From Eledone cirrhosa (Eukaryota), in assembly GCA_964016885.1 (NCBI GenBank), contig OZ024741.1, positions 85,684,001-85,748,000 of the forward strand: 64,000 nt of DNA, written 5' to 3'. The notes below the pieces were generated by a model. It made no database searches. It worked only from the letters and a program-made list of their open reading frames with translations, and was not told the DNA's origin. This document shows, piece after piece, positions 45,722 through 60,144 of this stretch; position 1 is the first letter of the stretch, and each line of letters starts with the position of its first letter. The position numbers were made by a program, and so were the translations under genes.

Positions 45722-47284
45722 CAGGGGTCGGCAACCTTTTGGAGAGAGAGGGCCAAACAGCTATGCAGTGTCATGGAAGAGGGCTATGTTATTAAATATG
45801 TAAATAAATTTTATGGAGGTTTAAAGCAAAACAAGGAATTTAATATAATTTTATTTTACTGCAGGAATAACAAAAAAAAAAAATGAAAAAAAAAAAACTA
45901 CAAACACATTCAACAAAAAAAAAGCAAATTCCTTATTTTACTGCAGGAATGACAGAAAAACAACTACTATCACAATCAACAACAAAAAAAAGCAAATTCC
46001 TTGTTACAAACGAAATACAGTTAGAAATGGTAAATGATTTAATGAGACACTTGTTTCTGCTTATTGTGCGATAACTTCTCCACATCAGGTGAAATATTTG
46101 TCGATGACAGGCGCAAAACACATCCAGGTGGTCGTCACGCAACCTTGTTCTTAAATGACTTTTAGTATATTTCATTTTGGAAAAAAGTTGTTCACAAGCA
46201 TATGTACTTCCAAATAATGATATCAGTTTCGCATTAGTCAAGATGTTTTTATAATTTCTGCTTGGCAATATATATTTCTTGTCGAAGTCAGCAGTGGATT
46301 CGAACTGAAATTTCGACTTCAAAAATTCGTCGCACTGTAAGTCAATTAACTCCAACTGATATTCTTCTTAAAAGTTCGGCACTCCAAATCGACTTTTCTT
46401 TTCTTAGCTTCCAGGGGCTTGTTTTTGTTCAAACAAAAAAGATTTATGGAAAGGAAAAAGAACAAAAAGTATAATAATCAGAATAAAGAAATTAAAAAAA
46501 CAATGAAAACAAATGTAAATGCAAATACAGTAATGCGATAAAATATGATAATTGTGAATAAATTATATAAAACCAGGTTTTTAACGACGTTGTTAGATCA
46601 GGGTGGCCATTTGTTTTTTTAAACCACTTTTGGCCTAATTCTAATAATAATAATTCACACAATTTATCACAAATTATTAAATAAACGTTATTATCGAATA
46701 AAGATACCTACTGTATAGTTGTTATACCCCAGACAACAAACTCAAATGAAAATACTCTGGGGAGGAGGGAACGAAGTAATTTTTCCAAGGACAGCTTTAC
46801 CTTGTGCCGGGGGGCACAGGTAAGGTCAGGCAAACGTAGACGACAATAATTCACGAGTGATTTTATTGAATGACAATATGGGTATAAAAGCGAGTCATGC
46901 GAACCGTAAGGTGGTATACCTTCCAGTCGCTGACGAAAATGCATACTTCCAGCCAACATTTGTGTTTGTTGACTGGAACAAAAACACATACATGAAATCA
47001 CTGGAAATAATAATACAGGTGATATAATGCTTGGCGGAAAGCCCAGAAAAAGATGGATAAGAGGAAATAATAATAAATGGAAAATATAATAAAGTTACAA
47101 AGGTATCTGTAAATATATACGGTATGAGCAGCGATTTGTGATGGGCATCAGGTCGGCACAACCTTGAAGTGAACTACTGTATCTGTATTCGATACTAATT
47201 CGATAATTAGTGTCCAGTGTAAGATGGCGGACCGGACAAAAATCACTGGAGGGCCGGATGTGGCCCGCGGGTTGCCGACCCCTG
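45722..47284 (-). mobile_element. hAT (Buster/Charlie/SPIN-type) deletion derivative
   Basis: 15-bp TIRs caggggtcggcaacc / ggttgccgacccctg; 8-bp TSD atttagac / gtttagac. Confidence 0.9.
46050..46355 (-). pseudogene. hAT transposase C-terminal dimerisation domain
   Basis: ELIDLQCD.FLK...LFGSTYACEQLFSKMKYTKSHLRTRLRDDHL. Confidence 0.85.
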
Positions 47285-47724
47285 GTTTAGACAATAGTGT
47301 TCCAGTTGTTCGACCAACGGAACAACCTGCTCGTGAAATTAACGTGCAAGTGACAGAGCATTCCATTGACGTGTGTACTTTTAACGAAATTCTCAAGGAA
47401 ATACAGTGTGACACTGTATGATGATGCTGTCCCTTTGTATCGCAGATACAGTCCATCCAACGAACTTCTAAACAGTTTCCATCTACCCAATTTCACTGAT
47501 TAACAAAAGCTTTTCTTAATCATAGTCTATGGTAAAAGACACTTGCCCAAGAGTTGGATCGAACCTGAGACCTAACGATTTTGGAGAGAACTTTGTAAAC
47601 ATTCAGCCATGCTACTGTAAATATAGTACTGTCTATAAAGACACAGAAATATATAGATATAATCGCAGGACGTTTCCCCCGAAATATACTCACACTTTTA
47701 ACTTATTGAACATACTCTAGGGCA

Positions 47725-49160
47725 AAGGTTCTCAGTGGGGGGGGGTCATAACTCCAGGGGGCGTTTGAAGCTTTGGGGGCGCTGGAAGGCTCTTTACTTT
47801 GGTAAGTTTTATAAGCCATATTTGTATGTCTTTGAGACAGCCAGTGTGAATGCATTTGAATGAGCATGCAGACAGCATAACTATGGTCTGACCAGATGCA
47901 ACACACAAGCAGGTAATACATTCCTCTAGGACTACATACAACACACATTGTATCATGTGCTACGGACGATGCAAGAGCAATGGTCGACCAACATAAGGGT
48001 TTCGTCACTCTTCTGAAGAGAGAAATTCTATCTGTATTTGTTGTTCATTGTGTCATTCATCGACAACACTTGGCTGCGAAGAAACTCAGCGAGCCGCTGA
48101 GGAAGTCCTTGCAGGTGGCCATTGATGTCATTAATTTTATCAAACGGCATTCCCTCAATGAACGAATTTTCCGGCAACTGTGCCAAGATAATTGTTTCTA
48201 CTTTAGGCACAAGGCCAGCAATTAACCAGTGCATTACTGGTACTTTATTTTATCGACCCCGTAAGGATGAAAGGTAAAGTAAACCTCGGCGGGATTTGAA
48301 CTCAGACCGTAAAGGGACGTAACTATGCTGGAAAGCATGGCGTCCGACTCTCTACCGATACTGCCAATCCACACCAACTGTGCCAAGATAATGACGAAGA
48401 ATTCGTCAAGCTGCTCCTTCATACTGAAGTGAGGTGGCTTTCAAAGGGCAAGTGCCTTACTCACTTCTTTGAACCTTTCGACTCTATCATTGAGTTTCTG
48501 CGAGGACGCAACACAGAACTGAACGAGAAAACCCTCGATGTGAGGCAAAAATGCTCCTACCTCACCGACATCTTCGACAAATGCAATAGCGTATTTTTGC
48601 TTTGCAGTGGAAGAAGATCACCTTGCTTAAAGCAAGGAATGCTGTGAAAACATTCCTGGCCAAATTGAATGTCATCGAAAGGAATCTTTGTTGATGGGAA
48701 TTCTATAATTTTCCTAGTGTTGCCAATGTTCAAAACATTGTAAGCGATGACCAACTCCGAATTTATACAACTCCCCTCCGTGCGCCACAAGATAATATGA
48801 GAGAACGGTTTGTCGACCTTTTGCCGATGGACATCCCAATGTGGATAGCAGATCCCTTCATAGCTACGGTCGATGATTTGGACGTTAAATTTCAGGAAGA
48901 ATTCATTGAACTTCAAGCAGATGACATGATCAAAATTAGATTTCCCAAAATAGGTGAACCCCTTTTGGGGATGCAGAGGCTAAGAGATTTGTTCTGCCTT
49001 TTCCAAGCTCATACTTAGTCGAGAGGGGGTTTGGCGCTGTTTCCAGACTGTACAGTAAGGTTCGCAACCGCTACAATGTAATTACACGTGGAGATCTCCG
49101 GCTACATCTTACGAAAAAGAGTTAACTAGACTCCATGAAGCTCAAGGGTCCCATTGAAAT
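47725..49160 (+). mobile_element. hAT Buster/Charlie-type transposase remnant
   Basis: TIR-like caaaggttctcag; CATDDARAM...HCVIHRQHLAAK...LLLHTEVRWLSKG...FPSSYLVERGF; frameshifts. Confidence 0.85.
48193..48374 (-). mobile_element. Family-A SINE nested in the hAT transposase
   Basis: Perfect 18-bp TSD caactgtgccaagataat at 48175-48192 and 48375-48392. Confidence 0.95.
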
Positions 49161-51599
49161 AATTTCAAAGTTAAAGTAAGTTGATTTATCCGAAAACTTG
49201 GATATGCTATTGTTAGAAAGCAAACTAACAATTTTTTTATTTGTAGTTGCAGTCTGACTGGACTGAAAACCATCTACTTCAATTCACTTACTCATTTGTT
49301 GTATATATTTTACCATTTACTAATAAATATACCCTCTTACGTGGTCATGAAAACCCTCTTCCGTGGTCTCTAAGTTCACAAAGCGGAGGGGACATCAAGT
49401 TAGATATCAACATTTATTCTGTCCGTTTCATTAAAGGGAACATTGGAAAGCTTTCAAATGATATAATTGCCACTTTCTTCCAGATAAGAGAAGAGCACTC
49501 TTTGGATAGACAGAGTTGCTCTTGTATAAATGTTCAAAATAGCTGATATCGCCTGGTGGGAATATAACAAATTCAACTGGTCCTTATTCATAAAAAAAAA
49601 CATTTATGTTCCTTTTTTTGAAATTTATATATTTCCTTTCAAGGAATGTATTTATACTCTCAGCTGCCTGCAATGGTATCTTTGGAATATTGTTAATACA
49701 TTTTTTAGTAGTCTACTGATATCAAACAAGCTAACCCGAGACTGATTTGAAATGAATTTTTTCCTATCACCTGGCTATCTGAATATGGATTCAAATTACC
49801 AGGATGCAAGGTAAAGTAGATGTAATTTAAAATTTCCTACTATATCAAGCGTGAAACCAATATATTTCTGCATTGTACTGTGTTGTTTGCTCTGTTGTTT
49901 CCGTTTACAACTGCATTCGGTACATCAAAGTAAATGGGTAAAAAAACATTTCTTGTTTACTTTTCTCAAATATAATTTTATATACATATAAGATATATAA
50001 AAGACAGACAGGTGTATAATAAACAGAATGTTCCTCAAAAATATGTAGACACTTTTAACTTTTTGAACATATGTAAAAGAATCAGTCGTGTCACATCTGA
50101 AAATCTACGGTCGAAGGAAAGTTATACTTTCAAAAAAATAAAACTGTACCATCTGTACCATCGTGTTGTGATTTATCTTGATTCTAAAGAATTTACTGAA
50201 CCGGTGGTTCGGTCAATTAGACAGTATTGAACACCTCCCACTTTCACAACACTTCAGCATTGAATACCTTGACCTTGCTAGAAATAGTAGACAAATTTCA
50301 CTTAAATTACAACCTTCAGTCATGAAAAAAACGCAAATGCGTTTGTACTCAGATGTCTACTGTGGCACTCGTGACATGACATATAGTTTTGTAAAACAAC
50401 GTTTTGTTTGACATATAGAAATGCCAACAAAGAGGTGTTTAGGTTTACACAGATAAAAACATTTCATGTAGAAACACAAACACTAGAATGTGCACGCATA
50501 TGCAGTATGTTAGATTTCTGCTTGCGTAATGTTTGCCTGCCTGCGTGTTCAAAAAAAGTTCTCACTATTCCCAAAATATTTCAAGGTCCTGTTAACCCAA
50601 AAGAATTCATCTCTCTGCAGCCTGTTCATAATGAAATTTATGAATGTTTATTATACAAGAACATATTGTATATGCCTTCATATAAACCCCTGTTATGAAT
50701 CAGACTATATTAGTGTTATTGCTAATTAATCTTAGCCAGTCAAGCTCGGACCATCTGCAAATGATCATCTCCAGATGTTTTATACGAAAGATGTATATAA
50801 GTTATGGCTCATTTTAGTCTCAGTACCCGAGTGGCTAGACGACACCGATGATGGACAAAAATTCTGAAACACGTGTCTGGCGTCCTCATGTGGTCTCTGT
50901 TATAGCTGTGACATAGCAGCTTAGAACATTCATAGCAAGATTTAAATATGTTTATTAAGCATAAACATATATATGCCTTCATAAATGCCTCTATCATGAA
51001 TCACGCTGTGTTAGTGCGACTGCTAACCAAATGAAAGTAATATGTAAGTTATTAAATAGTGGTTTCAGAGAAAAATTTGAACAGGGTGGTTAAAAGAAAT
51101 TATCCCAGGGCACAAAGCAGAACGATCTTTTTCAGCTATGAAAGTGGTTTGCTGAAAACATGTAACTAAATCACGAATCATCGATTTAGAAAGTGCCTTC
51201 TGCAAATTAAAATGTCTTTGGTTTGTTCTTAAAATCTATCAAATCTATATATAAATTTGAGCGACTTCCGTCATGCACTAGAGATGATTGAGGAAAGAAG
51301 GGTTGATGACGTCACGCACTAGAGATTATTGAGGAAGGAAGGGGTGATGATAAACTATAGAAAACAGCGTCTAACTGCACATATACACATACGCGTCAGC
51401 GTATTGAAAAAAATCCTTGTACTAGTAAAATTGGACAATTTTCCTTTATTCTTCGACTTTCGAATAATAAGGATCCGGAAAAAAATATAATTAAGATTTT
51501 TCAATTATGTACTTCGGAAAAAATGTCAACCTTTGAAATTCCTGGATGACCTTTGGGTCACCCTGTAAATATGTAGCATTCCACACAAAAAAGAACTTG

Positions 51600-51745
51600 G
51601 AAGAGATGTATTATTTGGTTCAATGTCCTTTATAGCAGGAACGTAACCCACCACTATAGCTAAGAACTTCCCAACCATGCATAAATGTCGCAAGCTCTTT
51701 AACAAGAACATTCTAAAACTGAGCTAAGTTTGCTTGGAAAGCATC
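51600..51745 (+). pseudogene. Old PLE (Naiad-like) linker fragment
   Basis: WFNVLYSRNVT...KNFPTMHKCRKLFNKNILKLS. Confidence 0.55.
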
Positions 51746-52644
51746 GCTTCCTAATTGTACCACCAGGTCCTCAGCCATTCATCCTGTACTTCCTTACCAC
51801 AACATCCAGCATGAAACTGTACTTACTGAAATGAAAATGCCTTTCAAAAGCAATAGAGGACAAGGATAATAGTTGCCGGTGGTATTGGGATCAAAATATT
51901 CGCTAAAATAGTTCAAGTTCCAAACAGGATAGACACCAAAAAGAGTGGTTGTCACAGCTAAAACACCTTTGGTGTGCTCGATTAGGGATGACCTAGGTCT
52001 AAACAACATTCAAAACTACCATCAACACCACAGCTGTCATCACTGAAAGTAATTATTAAACGAGCAAAACCATTATCTCCACAACCACCCTGAACATGAC
52101 GGTTAAGCCCCCCACCTAACATTATCATCATAAAAATTAACAGCTGCGTAGCAGATGCGATGGTGATGGAGATTTTGTGGTCGGTGGTGTTTTTCTTTCG
52201 TTGATGTTGATATTGCTGTTGGTGGTTGTGATGGTGGTCGTATTATGAGACATAATAGATATGGTAACGGTAGTGGTGGAGTGAGAATGAGGTGGGGGCG
52301 GAGAGTTAATACAGACATCTTAAAAATGTTTTACGGCGAAATAATATTTGTGTACAAGATGGTAGCTGAACTATAATGTTGCTTCTGTATCCGGTTTTAA
52401 GGAAGGGAAGTGTTGCCGTTAATTAATCCGGCATGGTTTGATAAACTAATTAGAATAAACAGGGTTTCATGTGGGGGGGGGGGGGGGCAAAGGAGGCAGT
52501 TTTATTAGACACACACACACACAAACACACACACATGTCTAAATATGGTTATAATTAACTTGTGCGGTTATGTGTACATTTGACTGTGTATGTATGTGTG
52601 CATATATATATATGGTTTGTGTATATATGTGTGTGTGTGAGTGT

Positions 52645-53085
52645 GTGCAGAGGAGAGCAACCTACAAGAGCATAGCACCGGATACACCCTTTACTGGTTA
52701 GACAAACCAGCAGCAGAGAGACGCCTTTCAGGAGTGGGCTCCGTGGTCAGGACTCTATCGCAACCAAGCTTGAAAACCTGCCAACAGGTCATTCTGACGC
52801 CATCATCTCTATGCGCCTCCTACTGAGTAATCAGCAATATGCTACACTCTTCAGCGTGTACTCCCCTACGCTTCAAGCAGACCTTGCGGAAAAGAATAAG
52901 TTTTACTCTGATCTGCACAGTCTCTTACATAGCCCCCTGTGGACGACAAGGTCATGATCCTTGGCGTTTCAGCGCTGGAGTAGCTGTAACTTGAGAGGGA
53001 GTGTTTGGGAGACATGGCGTTGGTAACTGCAATGACAATGGATTCTTGCTGTTGGAGTTTTGCGCAGAACATCAATTGCGTTTTG
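52645..53085 (+). mobile_element. RTE/BovB-like AP-endonuclease fragment
   Basis: GYTLYW...SGVG...TLFSVYSPTL...KFYSDL...GRHGVGNCNDNGFLLLEFCAEHQL. Confidence 0.8.
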
Positions 53086-53099
53086 GGAATATATATAGT

Positions 53100-54795
53100 C
53101 ATGAAGATAAGTTCGAGGATAGCCACAGAAGGATGGAAGAAGTCCTTGACAAACTGGACCAGGGTCTCAACATCCTGCTGCTGGGACACTTTAACCTACC
53201 AAAGGTCAAATAGCCTGAGGGTCACCTATTCCCTGGAATGACATCACTCAAACAGAGACAAACGGATTCCCTGGCTCTCTCACACAGGCTGTTCATGGAA
53301 CAAGCAGTACTCCTCCTAACAAGAGGCGAGAATGACCTGAATCTCTTGCTTTACAAACAACGCAGTGCTCATCCACAATGTAAAGGTGAGACCAACGATT
53401 TTCTCGGATCATAACTTAGTAGAACTAATGATATGTGGTCTGAGAGAGTCACCAGAGATGCAACCATTAAGAAGCACCGGGAATTTATCCAACTTAAATG
53501 TTCGCAAGGCTAACTGGAAAAAGATCCAGAAAGAGATCCGGATGCAAAACTGGAGCGACATCCCCACACAAGACACCAACACACATTTTCAACATTCCAT
53601 GACAACAATACAAACATATGCCATAAGTTTGTGCCGGAGCAAAATGCCAACAGACAAATATCTTATTCCCAGAGACAGGAAAATCCTTATGAGACGAAGA
53701 ACTAAGCTCTCAAACTAGTTAAATGCACAACAGAAAAACAAGAAGGTACCCTATCTGAAAAAGGCACTACTTGAAATTGAAACTGCACTCAAATTTTGCC
53801 ATGAGAATGAGAAGGCAGAGAGAGAAGCCATGATCATAGAAAATATTAAAACAAACCATAAGGCCTTCTTAAATTTGCAAAAGAGACTGCCTCGGTACAC
53901 TGCAAGATTGGGCCATTCTTCCATAAAGATGGCTCATTAACCGAGAATCCCCAAGGGATAAGTGAAATACTGAATGAACAGTACAAAAGTGTGTTCACAT
54001 GTCCACTGAGGCACGTGAAAATAACAAAACCAGAGGAGTTCTTTGATTCCACAATACTCCACGAAGAAATGGCGACCATCAACCACATAGACATAACGGA
54101 GGAAGATGTGATATCCGCCATAGACGAAATTAGAACAAACTCAGCTGCTGGACCTGATGGATTCCCAGCAGTCTTCTTAAAAACATTTAAGCGGTTCTTA
54201 GCAACTCCACTGACGACACTCTTCAGAAGCTCCTTGGCTAGCGGTAGACTACCCAGGGATATGCCCTATCCATAAAGGAGGTAGCAGAGCTGAAGCCAAA
54301 AACTATAGGTCAGTCTCCCTGACGTCACATGTTACGCAGCTGTTACAACACTATGACTTGGTACTGAAACAACTGCTGGACAGCTCACATGTGGACATGT
54401 AGTCACAAACTACACGTACTCGTATAACTGGAAATGTAGGTGAGTGGCTGCATGATTTCTTAAAAGACAAAAGCCAGACAGTTGCAGCCAATGGGGCCCT
54501 CTCAAAGGAAACATCAATAAGTGGGGTGCCCAGGGCACAGTCTTGGGATCACTACTGTTTTTGGTGGCTCTCTCAGACATGCTCTATGTAATACATACGA
54601 CATCCCTCACTAGCTATGCTGATGACACAAAGGTAGCACAGCAATCAAAAACCCGGCTGATGCTGCCCTTTTACAACAATATCTGGATGCCATATACAAA
54701 TGGACTGAGGACAACAACATGCAGTTTAATGCTGGAAAATTTCAAACCCTACAAAACCAACCTGCAAACACAAAGACAACGCAACACAGCTATAC
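53100..54795 (+). mobile_element. CR1/L2-group LINE, decayed APE plus RT with deletions
   Basis: LGHFNLP, SDHNLV, SAAGPDG, NYRSVSLTS, QGTVLGSLLF, YADDTK, NNMQFNAGKF. Confidence 0.85.
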
Positions 54796-55012
54796 CGTAA
54801 GTCCTACACCCTTACCACTAGCCCACGTGCCTCCATGTATATATATATATATATATACTGTATATATATATACTCGACCGGAACAGTTCTCCACATCCCT
54901 TTTTTCTTGACCATTATCTTTTGTGTGGCACAAAACTCTCTAAATGGTTACAAAGAACCCCCAAATACGAACTGCCGCGAAATTTAATGTACTTATTCAC
55001 TTGACAGTCATA

Positions 55013-55560
55013 CCCCTCCACCTCCCACATCTTCCCAAGCCCCACCCCTCCCCCCCTTCAAACGCGCACGCAATCTCCGCACCCTCCTCGTCCACAGCTC
55101 CCTACCCCCCCCCCCCAACCTACGCTCTCCCCCCCCCAGGTTCCTTTCCCTGTTCTAGGCCCCGCTGCAACACCTGTCCCCACATCACCAACACCACCAC
55201 CTTCCAGGGTCCCAACGGCCACTCTCTCTCTGTCCGGCATGCCTTCCGCTGCACCTCCTCCAACCTAGTCTACGGACTTCGCTGCACGGAGTGCAGCGCG
55301 ACTTACGTCGGACAGACGGGACGTCGCCTGGCGGACAGATTCACTGAGCACCTCCGGGATATTCGTCTCGGTGGTAGTTCCCCCATCGCCCGCCACTTTG
55401 GTGCCCCTGGACATTCCGCACGCCATCTCACAGTCTGTGGCCTACTCCAATGCCACGGAACACCCGCCAATCTCCTCAGAGTTGAACAAAGAACCATCTT
55501 CATCTTACAGACCCACACTCCCCCCGGCCTGAACTCCCACCCTTATTCCTTTAGCCTTCG
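55013..55560 (+). pseudogene. PLE GIY-YIG endonuclease domain (5'-truncated)
   Basis: CSRPRCNTC...NLVYGLRCTECSATYVGQTGRRLADRFTEH...EQRTIFILQTHTPPGLN. Confidence 0.85.
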
Positions 55561-56951
55561 ACCGCCCCCCTCCCCCCACACATATCCCCCACTAACACAC
55601 CCCTCCTTTTCACCGCCCACCCCACAACTAACAACACTAACACCTCCACTCCACCCCTCATCCGACCACCCTTCCCCAACTAACATACTAACATCCCTCC
55701 CTTCTTCTCCTCCCCCCCTCCTTATCACACACACACACCCACCGGCACATATATACACGCGCTCACACTAAACGCACACCCTACTACCACCACTAACCCT
55801 CACCCCCACACATCCACCCCGCAACTAACACCCCCTGACCCCAAGCACACGAACACACGCACCCACTTACACCACCCACCCTACACGCAACTAACATCAC
55901 TAACACCCCCCCCTAACCCCACGCACACGTACACCCACACCCTCTTACACTACCAACTCTACACTCCCTACCGTCACTGACCCCCACTCACACCCGCATT
56001 CAACCCTTTCTCCACCTCCTGTATACTAACACCCCCTTCATCAAACTACACACACACCAGTACACCACACTCCCTCCATCGACCCCCACACCATTCTCTC
56101 CCCGCTCCACCCACACCCTTTCTCCAACACTCACTCATCCCACTAACACCTACTAATATACACACACCCCTTACTCACTCCTACTTTCACACCTACCCAT
56201 CCTCGCCCCTTTACCATTCCACCCTACTGCTGCTATGCCCTCTGACCACCTCCCAGCACACACAGACACACAGCACTCCTACTGCCTTGGCCACTTCCTG
56301 TTGCGCGCGCACCCCACATCTCCCCTCTTCCGACCATCTCTTCACGGATTCCTCGTATGTGGACCTTGACCGCGGAATCAACTACCATCCTAGGATTTTA
56401 CCAACCTTTCCACATCTTCTTACGGAATCACCCTCATGACTCACCCACACACACACACCCAAAAAAAAATTTGTTTGCCACACGCCACCTACACCCACAA
56501 CACGCTTAAACACCACACACACGTTCCGCCACATATTTACACATTCAGCCTCCGGATTCCTCTCCCCCCACCCCTCTATCCACACACGCACACACACTCC
56601 GACCTACACCCCACCCCACACACACCTCTACCTGCAACCCCGTTCTTCCCCCATGCAACCTCGTTCTTCCCCCAACCCTTGCTTTCACATACACACACAC
56701 ACACGTACACCTACACACACACACCACCTTCAGCCCTCCCCGCTCGGACACCCCGTCTCCCTCTCCCCACTCCACCCGCCACCACCCTACACGCCCCACA
56801 CCCTTCCACCACCTGTTTTACCCCATTTTAATTTTATTTTGATCATGTTATTATTTTTATTTTCATTAGCACCGTTTCCTCCCACCCCCTTTTTGCTATA
56901 TGTCTCTCCACCACTCCCCTACACACCCTTTGAACTCTCTTTCCACACACT

Positions 56952-57021
56952 TTTCACCTGAAGAAGGGCTTATGCCCGAAACGTCGTTCCCCACCACCAC
57001 CCCACTCTCAAGAGCGTGAAA
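56952..57021 (+). ncRNA. Hammerhead-like core in PLE 3' end
   Basis: Core identical to 6326: CTGAAGAAGGGCTTATGCCCGAAAC. Confidence 0.6.
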
Positions 57022-57076
57022 TTAATAAACATTCGTTGTACTGCCTCTCTGTTTTGTTCCTGTTCAAATTTTCCAT

Positions 57077-57123
<47 letters not shown>

Positions 57124-57248
57124 TATAGAGTAAAGCATGTCCAGAGAATTATTTGATAATATATATATACATTATCTCTACTCCCAATCAGAAAAGTTGC
57201 AAAAACACATATATACCTGTGACTTTGTTTAATTGGTGTATGTGTAAA

Positions 57249-57322
<74 letters not shown>

Positions 57323-57329
57323 CAAAAAA

Positions 57330-58190
57330 AATCAGCAGTGGTGGGGGGTGCTCAGAAAGTACAGTAGCCAGAGTAAGAATGGGATGGAAAAAATTCAGAG
57401 AGCTTATACCACTATTGGCCACTAAAGGTTTCTCTCTAAAAATGAAAGCAGACTGTATGATGCCTGCATACGAACAGCTATGTTACATGGCAGTGAGACC
57501 TGGGCATTGTGTGCAGAGGATCTGCGCAGACTGGAGAGGAACGAAACATGCATGCTCCGCTGGATGTGTAATAGTAACATACGTGAACAGCAATGCATAA
57601 ATGAACTAAGTGAGAAATTATGAATAAGAGGGATCAGATTGTTTACTCGAGAGAAGACTACGTTGGTATGGCCACGTGATGCACATGAAAGACGACAGCT
57701 GTATAAAAAGGTGCAGGGCGATCAAAATTGACGGAAGTTACAGAGTAGGCAGACCCAGAAAAACCTGGGACGATTTGATAAATTCCGACCTTACACACTT
57801 ACACCTCTCTAAGACAATGTCACTGGACCGAGATCTTTGGCGCTACGCCTTGCCTAAGTACAAAGCGAAACCTACAGTCAGTAGGCACCTCTTAATCAAA
57901 TATACACCCCCATCAACACCACCCCTTTCTCATCCAGTCCTAAATAAATGAGGTCGTGTAGGTGTCACGACAAAAAAACACACAGTCCACGCTGTAATGT
58001 GGCCGTGTAAGTAACACGGTAAAAACCTCCCAGTCCACACTGTAAACGTGGTTGGTGTTAGGAAGGGCATCCAGTCGTAGAAAACCTGCCAGACAGTCCT
58101 ATACGAGCAGGACAACCAATCTTGCCTCAAGTGGGACAATTCCCGTCTATCCCATGCTAGCGTGGAAGATAGACGTTAAACGATGATGAT
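57330..58190 (+). mobile_element. RTE LINE 3' fragment and (GAT)n-ending tail
   Basis: ARVRMGWKKFRELIPLL...HGSETW...RRLRWYGHV...GRPRKTW; tail also at 27175-27240. Confidence 0.8.
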
Positions 58191-58506
58191 ATGAATTTGT
58201 TCCTTAAAGGATGGTAGCATGTGATCTAAGGGTGATTTGACTATTATTTTAGCAGGCCGTCTGACCACGCAAGGGCTCCTTTGCTGATTCGAATAATGAT
58301 ATGTTTGACATTTGTAATATTAGCACAGGCAGATGATATGTCTACACATGTCCGTTCAACATCAATTTCCATATCACCCGTATAAGTGCTCTAGTGAGTG
58401 TGTATATGTGATCAATCACATACTATCTCATACACGTACACACACCTATATATGTGTGTGTTTGTAAATAGGGTGTTTTTTCCACACATCCCATATATAT
58501 ATATAT

Positions 58507-58712
58507 ATAGGAAAAAGTATGACCCCGACGGCAGAGCTCAAGCCGTTTCGACGGCTATTTCTGGGCTAAATTTAGTCCAGAAATAGCCGTCGAAACGGCT
58601 TGAGCTCTGCCGTCGGGGTCATACTTTTTCCTATTTCCAACTCTACTACCCTAAGTATTGAGTACTCTGGTGCGTTATGGTCCATCTGGTTCCTTACCAC
58701 AATCCCTTTGTT
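58507..58712 (+). mobile_element. 128-bp fold-back palindrome (58507-58634) with HHR 3' half, plus tail
   Basis: gccgtc-GAAA-cggc ttgagctct gccg-TC-ggggtc; family copy at 26932. Confidence 0.75.
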
Positions 58713-59149
58713 ATATATATATATACACACACACACACATACACTGTTTTATTATACTTATTCTTAGTATATGGAGTATATATTGTTACCATAACAACTT
58801 AAGAAAGATCAAAGGATGTTGTTTGGTAACACATTACGTATTTGTATGCACTTATATACACGTGTACATGCACATACATAGATACCTACATAGATACATG
58901 TTTGTGCCTGTCTACTATTTAATACCCGTTGATATAGGTGTGTTCATACATACATACATGCGTGCGTGTGGGTGTGTGCAAACGGACACGCGGCTTGTCT
59001 TGGGCATTGTAAACCTGGTGAAATAGTACTTCTAGAGAAGGAGGAAAAATCACCTCCAGTGCTAGGCTGATACTTTATCTACCTCTTAAGCGGAGGTCAC
59101 CAAACTTTTTAGACCACCGACCCCTGGCATGTACAAAAATTAAATAAGT

Positions 59150-59750
59150 AGATGCGCCTCGTCATCAACCAGTACCCTTCTTGATGAGTGCACTCGCATT
59201 GGTGTGGCCCAGCACCTCGGACTCCGTGTGTGAGCCGCACAAATCCGTAGAAGTTAGGCCCCTACCAGCTACTGTGTCGCCTTACTGTAGTGCAGTTTAC
59301 TCGCCACGCAACCTTAAACAATGTCATCCGAAGGGGCCTCGAGGTAGCTGGCTTCCTTTCTCAGCTGGAACCAGTTGGCTTCGATCGTGGCGACGGTAAG
59401 CGTCCAGATGGGATAACCTTCTTCCCATTCTATAGAAGTAAATCCCTAATCTCGGATGCGACGTGCTGCGCCTCTTTCTCTGTCACCAACCTTGTCAACC
59501 CGGTCGCTGACCCAGGCATTGCCGTCCGCAGTGCAGAGGAGAGGAAAATTGTTAAATAGCGGACCTGGCCGACGCTTCTATTTCGATCTGGTGTCCTAGG
59601 CCCCCAAACTACCCATTTCCTGCACAAAGTCGATAGAGTGGTGTCCCACCTGAGGAAAGAGCCCCGTGAGGCAGAGTGGTTATTTCAGCGGGCGTCGCAG
59701 GTCATTCTCCGTGGCAACCCTTTCGCCATTTTGTAAGCAGGACGTAGCTG
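59150..59750 (+). mobile_element. CRE-like non-LTR element, REL endonuclease fragment
   Basis: RHATLNNVIRRGL..AG..SQLEP.G.DRGDGKRPDGIT...DATC...AEERK..K. Confidence 0.75.
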
Positions 59751-60144
59751 AAGGACGCCGCTCAGTCGGGTCTGTGGTTTCTGTCTCCCCTTTCCAAAGC
59801 GTTTTTTTTTTATCTCTTTGGTTGTTCTTTTTTTTTCTTTTTTCACTTACTTACAAAGGCTACGTTTTGATAAAAATGATTTAGGTATATAAATACACAT
59901 TGGCTATTATTCTAGTTGACGTTTTTCTACCACATAAATACATTAAACAGGTACACAGACAATAGAATTACAAACGCACACACATCTACACGTGTGAGTG
60001 TGTGTGTGTTTATATCACTTGTGTAAGTGTATGTGTGTTTGCGTGTTTATATCACTTGTGTATATGTATGAGTATATATGTGTGTTTATGTGTTTCTATT
60101 TATACTTGCGTGAGTGTAAGTGTATTTATATATTCTTCGCCCAC

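Larger units (their letters stand above)
55013..57075 (+). mobile_element. Neptune-like PLE, second copy (GIY-YIG plus 3' region)
   Basis: Colinear with 4255-6450; ends in (TA)n. Confidence 0.9.

Noticed and set aside
49250-50730. Short ORFs in low-repeat sequence as host exons or a transposase
   Set aside because: No recognisable motifs or consistent frame
59090-59126. Tiny hAT-like TIR pair
   Set aside because: Left TIR degenerate and no clear TSD
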